A program made the position numbers and the translations under genes. The notes below the pieces were generated by a model. That model worked only from the letters and a program-made list of their open reading frames with translations, was not told the origin of the DNA and did no database searches. Below are positions 24,936-32,000 of a DNA stretch of 32,000 bases, in pieces. Position 1 is the stretch's first letter. Every line of letters starts with the position of its first letter. The stretch lies in the NCBI GenBank assembly GCA_965231035.1, contig OZ246409.1, positions 91,101-123,100 on the forward strand. The letters run 5' to 3'. Source of the DNA: an uncultured Muribaculaceae bacterium (lineage in GTDB: Bacteria > Pseudomonadota > Alphaproteobacteria > Rs-D84).

Positions 24936-26591
24936 ATGTTAACCGGTCTTAATATATCAAACATTGTATTAATCGAAAAGCTGAATCTGGAATTCGGTCG
25001 TGGCTTAAACGTATTAACTGGCGAAACCGGTGCAGGTAAAAGTATATTGCTGGATGCGCTGTCTTTGGCTTTGGGCGCACGATCAGACACTGGGCTTATT
25101 CGTCATGGTTGTGACAATTCACAAGTAATCGCAGAGTTTGACAGCATCAATGAAGAACTGAAATCAATACTGGATGAAAATGGAATTGATTTTGATGGGA
25201 CATTGATACTGCGCAGGACACTTGGTACAGATGGAAAAAGCCGTGCTTGGGTTAATGATGTTCCTGTATCAATTAAAACATTAAAACAGGTTGGTGATTT
25301 ACTGGTTGAAATTCATGGACAGTTTGAAAATCATTCCTTGCTGGACCCAACAACACATCGTAAGACTTTGGACGAATTCGCTGGGAACAAAAATATAAAA
25401 TATTTGGGCCTGATTAACGATGTTAAAAAATCTTTTTCCGAATTTTATCTGGCTGAAACTAAACTGATAGAATTAGAAAAATTATTAGAAAAATCAGCAG
25501 CTGAACGCGAATTCTTAGAGCATAATGTTAAGGAATTAAAATCATTAAATCCACAAATTGGCGAAGAAGAAACACTTGCCAATCGGCGTGCGATTTTAAT
25601 GAATGCTGAAAAGAATGCTGCTATTTTATCCGATGCTGTTTCTGAATTAAATCCAAACGGTCATGGTTTAGAATCAATGATTTTTGCAGTCGCACATACT
25701 TTAGAAAAAATTAAACTGGATCCAAATCCATATCAAAAGCAAATAGACAGATTGTATGATGCTGCAAATGGTATTGCAGAAGTTTCTGATGAATTAAAAC
25801 CAACCGATTCTGACACAGAAAATCTGGAAGAAATTGAAGAACGTTTATTCGCAATTCGTGCCGCCGCACGCAAACATCGTGTTTCTGCTGATGAACTGGC
25901 TGCCAAGCTGATTGAAATGTCAGAACAACTGAACCAAATTGATAATTCAGATGCAGAACTGAAAAAATTGAAAACTGATGTAAAAAGTAAAAAATCAGAA
26001 TTTGATTCGTTTGCAAATAAATTAACATCTGAACGCAAATCCGCAAGTGAACTTTTACGCAAAAAAATACTTGCTGAATTACCAGACTTGAAGCTTGGTC
26101 AGGCAGACTTTATGGTTGAACTAAAAGATTCCGCGCCGTCGTCATATGGTATGGATGAAATAACATTTTTGATAAAGACAAATCCGGGAACACCATTTGC
26201 GCCTTTGCATAAAATTGCCAGTGGTGGTGAATTGGCACGATTGATGTTGGCACTGCGGGTTGTTTTTGGAAATGGAAATTACAGCGGGCACACTTTTGTT
26301 TTTGACGAGGTTGATACCGGTATCAGCGGTGCCACTGCCAGCGCCGTTGGTGAGCGTTTAGCACGTCTGGCAGCCGAGGCTCAATCACTGGTTGTTACTC
26401 ACAGTGCCCAAGTTTCTGGATTTGCCGATAAGCATTTCAAAATTGAAAAGAACAGTAACAAAGATTCAACAATTACAATTGTAAAAGAAGTTAAAGGTGA
26501 CGACAGAATCAATGAAATCGCCAGAATAATCAGTGGTTCCAAGATTACACCTGAATCAATCGCATCTGCAAAGACATTAATCAAAAAATAA
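24936..26591 (+). CDS. recN: DNA repair protein RecN
   Basis: MLTGLNISNIVLIEKLNLEFGRGLNVLTGETGAGKSILLDAL (Walker A), a long coiled-coil middle, ASGGELARLMLAL (signature) and FVFDEVDTGISG (Walker B). The ORF track starts at TTG 24930. Confidence 0.93.
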   Translation: MLTGLNISNIVLIEKLNLEFGRGLNVLTGETGAGKSILLDALSLALGARSDTGLIRHGCDNSQVIAEFDSINEELKSILDENGIDFDGTLILRRTLGTDGKSRAWVNDVPVSIKTLKQVGDLLVEIHGQFENHSLLDPTTHRKTLDEFAGNKNIKYLGLINDVKKSFSEFYLAETKLIELEKLLEKSAAEREFLEHNVKELKSLNPQIGEEETLANRRAILMNAEKNAAILSDAVSELNPNGHGLESMIFAVAHTLEKIKLDPNPYQKQIDRLYDAANGIAEVSDELKPTDSDTENLEEIEERLFAIRAAARKHRVSADELAAKLIEMSEQLNQIDNSDAELKKLKTDVKSKKSEFDSFANKLTSERKSASELLRKKILAELPDLKLGQADFMVELKDSAPSSYGMDEITFLIKTNPGTPFAPLHKIASGGELARLMLALRVVFGNGNYSGHTFVFDEVDTGISGATASAVGERLARLAAEAQSLVVTHSAQVSGFADKHFKIEKNSNKDSTITIVKEVKGDDRINEIARIISGSKITPESIASAKTLIKK

Positions 26592-26592
26592 T

Positions 26593-27828
26593 CTAAACTT
26601 TTACCACACCATCACTAAATTCTATTTCAGCAGGAATTGCAAAATCGGCGGCGTGCGAGATTATTTTATTTTGATGGCGAACAATTGCATATCCCCGCGA
26701 CAAAACATTTTTATAAGACAACGAATTTAACATTTGATCCAGATGATTTATTACCTGATTCAAACTGGTCATTCTGTTTTTTAAAATGTTTGGAAAATTT
26801 GAAATTGCTTGTATCTGTTGCTTGGTGCTTGCAATTTTTCCATTTACAATTATACCCATTGTCCTGGTTAAATCATCCAATCTTTGTGCGTGTTCCATAA
26901 TTAACTGTTTTGGATTTTTAACATTGATTGATTCAATTTTGTGTTTAGTGTTTATCAATCTGTTTGCAAAGTTTCCATTCAGTCTGTGCGATAAGTTATC
27001 AATTTCTTGAATCAGCGAAAGTTTTGTTGGTACAACAATTTCCGCCGCCATAGTAGGTGTCGCAGCACGTACATCCGCCGCAAAGTCAATCAGCATCCAA
27101 TCTGGTTCATGACCAACACCAGATACCAAAGGAATTTCACTGGCGGCGGCAGCACGAACAACAATTTCTTCTGAGAACGGAAGCAAATCTTCCAAAGAAC
27201 CACCACCACGTGCAACTATTATTACATCAACATTTTTCATACGATTAAAATATTCAATACCTGCTACAACTTCTGCCGCGGCAGTTGCCCCTTGGACCGT
27301 TGCAGGATAAAATAATACATGCACTGGGAAACGTTCACGTAATCTGTTTTGAATATCCTGAAAGGCTGCACCAGTCGGGCTGGTAACAATTCCTATTGTT
27401 TGTGGAAAACGTGGTAAAGGTTTCTTGCGCGCAGAATCAAACAATCCCAACGCCGCCAATTTCTTTTTGCGTTCTTCCAGCATTTTTAAAATTGCACCAA
27501 CACCTGCCATTTCAATTTCAGATGCAATTAATTGATAATTGCTGCGCGCAGGATAGGTAGTGAATTTACCGGTTATTATAACCTCTAGACCTTCTTCCAA
27601 TTTAAAGGACAACGGTGTTCCACGCCAAACAATTACCGAAATGGCGGCACCAGAATCTTTTATCGTCATATAAACATGACCCGAAGAAGCACGCGTGATT
27701 TGTGACAATTCGCCACGAATTTTAATAATTGGAAAAGCAGTTTCAACCACACCCTTTAACAGTGCAGACGCATCAGATACACTGAAAATAGTGTCCGGTT
27801 TTACAAAAGGTTCTGGTTTTTGAATCAT
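26593..27828 (-). CDS. xseA: exodeoxyribonuclease VII large subunit
   Basis: N-terminal OB fold (IKIRGELSQITRASSGHVYMTIKD), IGIVTSPTGAAFQDI and ARGGGSLEDLLPFSEE motifs, and a helical C-terminus. Confidence 0.93.
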   Translation of the reverse strand: MIQKPEPFVKPDTIFSVSDASALLKGVVETAFPIIKIRGELSQITRASSGHVYMTIKDSGAAISVIVWRGTPLSFKLEEGLEVIITGKFTTYPARSNYQLIASEIEMAGVGAILKMLEERKKKLAALGLFDSARKKPLPRFPQTIGIVTSPTGAAFQDIQNRLRERFPVHVLFYPATVQGATAAAEVVAGIEYFNRMKNVDVIIVARGGGSLEDLLPFSEEIVVRAAAASEIPLVSGVGHEPDWMLIDFAADVRAATPTMAAEIVVPTKLSLIQEIDNLSHRLNGNFANRLINTKHKIESINVKNPKQLIMEHAQRLDDLTRTMGIIVNGKIASTKQQIQAISNFPNILKNRMTSLNQVINHLDQMLNSLSYKNVLSRGYAIVRHQNKIISHAADFAIPAEIEFSDGVVKV

Positions 27829-27834
27829 GGTTGA

Positions 27835-27862
27835 ATTTTATCAATAAAACAAAATAATGCAA
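27835..27862 (-). promoter_or_regulatory. promoter abutting the xseA start (predicted leaderless)
   Basis: On the minus strand: TTGCAT (27862-27857), 16 nt, TGa-TAAAAT (27840-27835), 6 nt, ATG 27828. No SD. Confidence 0.45.
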
Positions 27863-27885
27863 ACACTGTTTTTATATGATAAAAT
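27857..27885 (+). promoter_or_regulatory. promoter abutting the kinase-like gene start (predicted leaderless); its -35 overlaps the xseA -35
   Basis: ATGCAA (27857-27862), 17 nt, TGa-TAAAAT (27880-27885), 6 nt, ATG 27892. No SD. Confidence 0.45.
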
Positions 27886-27891
27886 ATATCC

Positions 27892-28809
27892 ATGAATTAT
27901 GATTTAAGTAACTTAAAAGTTCTTAGCACCGTTGGGACAAGCGGGGTGATTGTTTACGAATACGAAGATGATAAAGTTATATTATATCTTCCAGGTAACC
28001 AAGATGTTGAATCTTGGTTATTAGGTCAAATTTTGGCACAAAATATAACTAATCAGCTAATTGATATCAAAAATAAGACTTATTCTGTTCCTAAAATCCT
28101 TAAAATCTTAAAATCTGACAGAATTATTATTGAATCTCGTCTGTTCGGAGAACCTTTAACAAAAAAATTATTTTGTTCTCTGGATGAATCTGATAAATAT
28201 ATCGTACAAAAAGGTATTGCAAACCTTATCAATGATATGAACCAAATGAGACCTGTTAAGGAACCAAAGTATTTACTTAATAATGCAGGTTTTTCATTTG
28301 AAGACATTTTAAAAAAATTATCTGAAATATTACCAAATAAAACAATAAAACATATAGAAAACGCCTACAAAAAATTTATACAATTAAACGGTTCAAGTAT
28401 CGTTTTTTCTCACACAGATTTGTATAATAACAATATACTTTGGAATTCAAAGACTAAAACTGTTGGAATATTAGATTTCGCAGAAAGTGATTTCAAAAAT
28501 ATAAATGAAATAATTGAAAAACTATCTGATTTTGATTCAAATAAAATACTGGATATTTATACTAATTTACCAAAAAATCAGCCTGTTTATTTTGAACAAA
28601 ATAAAACATTTACTAACTTATTTAAAATGCTTCGAGATTTTTATTTGGTTGCAAATGCTTACTTTAAAAATCAGAATTCAGGCCTACTAAAAACTCTTTT
28701 AAACAACACTGGAAATTTATCAAATTACCTTAATATAACAAAAGGTTCAGAAATATTAAAAAAATCTTTTAATTCTACTCCCGTAATAGAACAAAGCAAT
28801 CAATACTAA
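27892..28809 (+). CDS. phosphotransferase family protein (APH/choline-kinase-like small-molecule kinase) (305 aa)
   Basis: Brenner motif FSHTDLYNNNILW (HxDxxxxN) followed by GILDFAES (DFG-like). Very low GC. Confidence 0.75.
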   Translation: MNYDLSNLKVLSTVGTSGVIVYEYEDDKVILYLPGNQDVESWLLGQILAQNITNQLIDIKNKTYSVPKILKILKSDRIIIESRLFGEPLTKKLFCSLDESDKYIVQKGIANLINDMNQMRPVKEPKYLLNNAGFSFEDILKKLSEILPNKTIKHIENAYKKFIQLNGSSIVFSHTDLYNNNILWNSKTKTVGILDFAESDFKNINEIIEKLSDFDSNKILDIYTNLPKNQPVYFEQNKTFTNLFKMLRDFYLVANAYFKNQNSGLLKTLLNNTGNLSNYLNITKGSEILKKSFNSTPVIEQSNQY

Positions 28810-28814
28810 ATAAA

Positions 28815-29049
28815 TTATTCTCTATAATTATTAACCAAAGAATTTCTTATAACAATTTTTTCTAAATCATGTTTATCGTTACCAACCAAAGACTTGATAA
28901 TAAACATTCGGATCTTTGAAGGATTCACGTAATTTTTCAACAATGTATGGAAATGATAATCTACCACGGATATTAACTTCATAATCAGTTGCCAGTTTGG
29001 CAAGTTTTTTTGTTCCTATATTAAATAGTTCTTCTCTTTCTGATATCAT
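28815..29049 (-). pseudogene. truncated/frameshifted paralog of the 29102..29557 gene
   Basis: A 56-codon ORF from ATG 29049 encodes ...LAKLATDYEVNIRGRLSFPYIVEKLRESFKDPNVYYQVFGW. This aligns with LVLLAEDYEIPQIGKYSLPEIVSALRESFKNPETHKKVFGNF of the upstream gene. The reading frame then breaks. Confidence 0.5.
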
Positions 29050-29101
29050 ATTATGATTGTATCAAAATATAGAAAAAATTCAAGTTTTTAACAAAACACA
29101 A

Positions 29102-29557
29102 TTATTCCAACCCTGCACATTTACCCAAAATAATAGCCTGGTGTTTTAAACGTCTTGTCCAATCTGAATCCGTATTAATTCTATTTTCTATTGATGCACT
29201 TCGATATTGAAAAGGTTTTGAAAATTGAGTACGAGTTATATCAAAAGGTCCACTTATAATCAAATGTTCTAACCACCAATGAGATGATCCTTTAATAAGT
29301 TTCCATTGTTTAGAACCTCCTGTTTTAAGGCTTATATAAAAATGACTTATTAAACAAAAATCATCAGAAAAATCGTATTGTTCTTCTAGAAAATTGCCGA
29401 ATACTTTTTTGTGTGTTTCTGGATTTTTGAAAGATTCACGCAAAGCGCTGACTATTTCTGGAAGTGAATATTTACCAATCTGTGGAATTTCATAATCCTC
29501 TGCCAGAAGAACCAATTCTCTTGTTGCTTTATCATAAGATTCTAGTTTATTGAGCAT
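29102..29557 (-). CDS. hypothetical protein (151 aa from ATG 29557), unknown family
   Basis: The ORF is tracked to 29668, but its first 37 codons are an out-of-frame tsaD 3' remnant. ATG 29557 aligns with the paralog's start, and TACAAT lies 6 nt upstream. Confidence 0.55.
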   Translation of the reverse strand: MLNKLESYDKATRELVLLAEDYEIPQIGKYSLPEIVSALRESFKNPETHKKVFGNFLEEQYDFSDDFCLISHFYISLKTGGSKQWKLIKGSSHWWLEHLIISGPFDITRTQFSKPFQYRSASIENRINTDSDWTRRLKHQAIILGKCAGLE

Positions 29558-29583
29558 GTGTATATTGTATAAAAAATTCCATT

Positions 29584-29720
29584 CTATAATTCTGTCAATG
29601 GCCAGCGGGGATGGGGGTAATCGGTTCGGTAACAAATTTACCCGCCAGGTGTTTTCCAGTCCAGGCAATCATAACACTTTTTTAGCAGTATTAAGATCTA
29701 GTAAATGGCCGTATAAATAT
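29584..29720 (-). pseudogene. decayed duplicate of the tsaD 3' end
   Basis: 29584-29672 aligns with 30588-30681 at roughly 80% identity by hand alignment. There are a 5-nt and a 1-nt indel, and the stop changes from TAA to TAG. Weaker similarity continues to about 29720 or beyond. Confidence 0.7.
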
Positions 29721-30563
29721 TCTTTTCAACATGCGAAGAATATACTTTTTTGTTCCACCTTTATTTATAGACAATCTTTTGCATGTCTTATAATCTTTTC
29801 GCATGCTACGAATTAATCTTCTAAATCTTCGAATACTACGGTGTCCAAGAATCATATACATAGGCAATTTTTTGCGGTATACAACAAAATTTATAATATC
29901 TTTAGCAGCCACATTTATATCACCTTGAAATTCCTGAGCCAAGTACCTTTTTACAGCTTCTTCTTTGTTTACATTTGGATTTTCCAAAGAATTCTTACGC
30001 ATATTTGACGCGAATTTTCCTGGATTAACACTCATTGTGCGAACTTGGCAATGTTTTGTACTTTTGATTGCCTGGGTTAGTCCATTCACAGCATGTTTTG
30101 ACATACCATACAGAATTACATCCCATCCTGTATCTAATCCACTCATAGAAGATAAATTTACAATTGCACTGTTGTTGTTATCTGGAATATATGGCAATGC
30201 TTCCTTGGTCATATTAATAATTCCAATTATATTTGTTTCAAACAACAATCGCATTTTATCTTGTTCTAAATTATTTATTGTCGTAAGATAGTTTATCCCC
30301 GCATTATTTATCAATACATCTATCTTGCCAAATTTAGAGACTGCAGATTTTATAGCCTTTTGTATAGAATCTAAATTAGTTATATCCAATTCCAAACATA
30401 AAATGTTTTCGCTGTTTCCCAGATAATTCAGAGTATTTACATCGCGTGCGGTGGCAACCAGATTAAATCCAAGTTTTGCAACGTATTCAGCCATGCTTTT
30501 CCCAAAGCCAGAAGAACATCCTGTTATCAAAAATACTGCGTCATTACTTATATATTTTCTCAT
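29691..30563 (-). CDS. short-chain dehydrogenase/reductase (SDR) family oxidoreductase (290 aa); the C-terminal tail runs into the tsaD remnant
   Basis: TGCSSGFGKS (TGxxxGxG), NNAG, S...YGMSKHAV (YxxxK). AAAGGTGA SD 24 nt after the tsaD stop. Confidence 0.85.
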   Translation of the reverse strand: MRKYISNDAVFLITGCSSGFGKSMAEYVAKLGFNLVATARDVNTLNYLGNSENILCLELDITNLDSIQKAIKSAVSKFGKIDVLINNAGINYLTTINNLEQDKMRLLFETNIIGIINMTKEALPYIPDNNNSAIVNLSSMSGLDTGWDVILYGMSKHAVNGLTQAIKSTKHCQVRTMSVNPGKFASNMRKNSLENPNVNKEEAVKRYLAQEFQGDINVAAKDIINFVVYRKKLPMYMILGHRSIRRFRRLIRSMRKDYKTCKRLSINKGGTKKYILRMLKRIFIRPFTRS

Positions 30564-30587
30564 ATTTTCACCTTTTGTATTTTAATT

Positions 30588-31658
30588 TTATAATTCTGTT
30601 AATGGCCAGCGGGGACGAGGAGTAATTGGTTCGGCAACAACTTTACCAACCAAATAGTTTTCCAGTCCAGCCCAGGCAATCATTGCACCATTATCAGTAC
30701 ATAGATTCAATGGTGGGGCAGCAAACTGCATATTATTCTCGACCGCCATTTTTTCCAACGCCGAACGGATTGCTGAATTTTTTGCAACACCACCTGCAAC
30801 TACCAATGTTTTTGGTGCTATATTAATTATACGTTTATCATGCATGGCATTATTTAAACGATTAGTTATGCAATCAACCACAGATGCCTGAAAAGACGCA
30901 CAGAAATCATTTATAAATTCTTCACTGTGTGGCTCTGGATGTTTTGCCAACATTGTTCTGGCAGATGTTTTAATTCCAGAAAATGAAAAATCACATCCGG
31001 GTTTATCACAAAGTGGTCTGGGAAAATTAAACGCACGCGGATTACCAATCTGTGCACGCTTGTCTACAACAGGCCCACCAGGATATTCCAACCCCAACAT
31101 TTTTGCGACTTTATCAAAAGCTTCACCAGCACTGTCATCAATGGTTTGACCAATCAATTCATATTTACCAACACCATTAACCAACAAAATCATTGTGTGT
31201 CCACCACTGGCCAAAACCAACAGGTAAGGGAAATCTACACTGATTGATTTTTGATTTGTATCACTGGCAGATGCACCTCGCAGACGCGGAACCAATGCGT
31301 GCCCCTCCAGATGATTCACCGCGACCAATGGTTTTCCTGTGGATTGTGCAATACCAACCGCAGCCATCCAACCAACCAGAACTCCACCAATTAACCCAGG
31401 TCCAGCCGTTGCAGCAATCACATCAATATCATTAATTGTTTTGCCAGCATCATTCAACGTTTTATTTATAACCTCATCAATTGCTAAAATATGCGCGCGC
31501 GCGGCCAGTTCAGGGACCACACCACCGTATTTCTGGTGTTCAGGGATCTGAGAATAAATAATGTGCGACAAGATATTACGATCAGAATCAACAATCGCGG
31601 CAGATGTTTCATCGCAGCTGGATTCAATGCCCAAACAAAGAATTTTTTTATCTGTCAT
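30588..31658 (-). CDS. tsaD: tRNA N6-adenosine threonylcarbamoyltransferase TsaD
   Basis: ILCLGIESSCDETSAAIV, VNHLEGHAL and LLVLASGGHT motifs, and CTDNGAMIAWAG. Full length at 356 aa. Confidence 0.95.
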   Translation of the reverse strand: MTDKKILCLGIESSCDETSAAIVDSDRNILSHIIYSQIPEHQKYGGVVPELAARAHILAIDEVINKTLNDAGKTINDIDVIAATAGPGLIGGVLVGWMAAVGIAQSTGKPLVAVNHLEGHALVPRLRGASASDTNQKSISVDFPYLLVLASGGHTMILLVNGVGKYELIGQTIDDSAGEAFDKVAKMLGLEYPGGPVVDKRAQIGNPRAFNFPRPLCDKPGCDFSFSGIKTSARTMLAKHPEPHSEEFINDFCASFQASVVDCITNRLNNAMHDKRIINIAPKTLVVAGGVAKNSAIRSALEKMAVENNMQFAAPPLNLCTDNGAMIAWAGLENYLVGKVVAEPITPRPRWPLTEL

Positions 31659-32000
31659 TTTTTATCTCGAAAAAAGCAACCCCAATATTTGATTTGCTTT
31701 GTTTTTGTTTTTCTATGTAATCCTTAAAATTAATATCAACAACCTTTTTTTGTTTTGTTGATGCATGTCTTAGTATTCCACCAGGTAATAAAAATCCCAT
31801 ATGCGATACAGCCAAGTCCGTACCTGCCTCCTTAACCATATTTTTATTATTCATTACAAATAATATTATTAATGGCTTTTTTAGATTGATATCTTTTAAA
31901 TTTTCGTATGGTATATATTCAATCTGAACATTTACTTTTTTAAATCTAGTATCCAAATTGTGAACTTTTTTAAACCAACTTTTCTTGTCCAAAATTTCTT
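31648..32000 (-). CDS. papain-fold (DUF1460 or NlpC/P60-like) cell-wall hydrolase-like protein, 3' part; continues beyond the window edge
   Basis: LAVSHMGFLLPGGILRHASTKQKKVVDINFKDYI resembles the H-x-G...HAS core of these families. The frame is open to position 32000. It overlaps the tsaD start by 11 nt. Confidence 0.4.
   Translation of the reverse strand, partial: EILDKKSWFKKVHNLDTRFKKVNVQIEYIPYENLKDINLKKPLIILFVMNNKNMVKEAGTDLAVSHMGFLLPGGILRHASTKQKKVVDINFKDYIEKQKQSKSNIGVAFFEIKNDR

Noticed and set aside
26589-26595. The recN and xseA stop codons are separated by 1 nt, and amiC/ORF176 by 2 nt at 6724-6727, with no terminators.
   Set aside because: Convergent abutting genes are common in compact genomes. 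No structure or signal was seen, so this is noted only as evidence of gene density.
29558-29668. A TTG-initiated N-terminal extension (MPGLENTWRVNLLPNRLPPSPLAIDRII...) precedes the 29102 gene.
   Set aside because: This segment is the tsaD 3' remnant read out of frame after a 1-nt deletion. The paralog alignment supports ATG 29557 as the real start.
29720-29840. The tsaD remnant might extend through the whole SDR C-terminal tail (IRRFRRLIRSMRKDY... against ITNRLNNAMHDKRI...).
   Set aside because: The similarity is weak. This part also fits the usual C-terminal helix of longer SDRs (..LG...R......), so I do not claim homology beyond about 29720-29760.
1-32000. I searched the whole window for CRISPR repeats, IS elements or transposases, integrases, restriction-modification genes, toxin-antitoxin pairs, retron or DGR signatures, and rRNA genes.
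   Set aside because: I found no regularly spaced direct repeats, no DDE, tyrosine or serine recombinase motifs, no methyltransferase motifs, and no reverse transcriptase motifs in any frame that I could recognise.

Overview
This is an AT-rich, gene-dense chromosomal segment. It is most consistent with a fast-evolving, probably host-associated alphaproteobacterium (inference from a DUF1013/TrcR-like gene beside rpoD, an alpha-type addA, a Tat/AMIN AmiC and an IHF-like gene). Housekeeping genes recognised are prfB (with its canonical +1 frameshift), an amiC-like amidase, an ihfB-like gene, a fused accD-accA carboxyltransferase, cysS, rpoD, tmk, recN, xseA and tsaD. There are three tRNAs: Arg-CCG, Ser-CGA and Ser-GCU. 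Lower-GC accessory or orphan genes are interspersed: a GT2 glycosyltransferase, a T4 endonuclease V (denV) homolog abutting a tRNA, an AlkD-like glycosylase, an APH-like kinase, an SDR, a frameshifted GNAT, and several exported or orphan proteins. The main observations are listed here. (1) A decayed second copy of the tsaD 3' end lies beyond an SDR gene, which looks like an insertion footprint. (2) addA is split into three ORFs, including a 379-bp ORF-free AT-rich gap, and addB is not upstream. (3) Seven genes have a -10 box 5-8 nt from the start codon and no SD, predicting leaderless mRNAs; two of them are divergent and share a -35. (4) A GC-richer, heavily base-paired island sits in the GT2/amiC intergenic region. 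(5) An operon encodes two exported Met/Gly/Pro-rich proteins with duplicated CxxxC modules. (6) A coiled-coil membrane protein is translationally coupled to a secreted HExxH protein. (7) A tandem paralog pair of unknown family includes one decayed copy. (8) The sigma-70 has an altered Trp dyad. I saw no CRISPR array, IS element, integrase, restriction-modification module or toxin-antitoxin module. I cannot confidently name a discrete new system; items 1, 4, 5 and 6 are the best leads.
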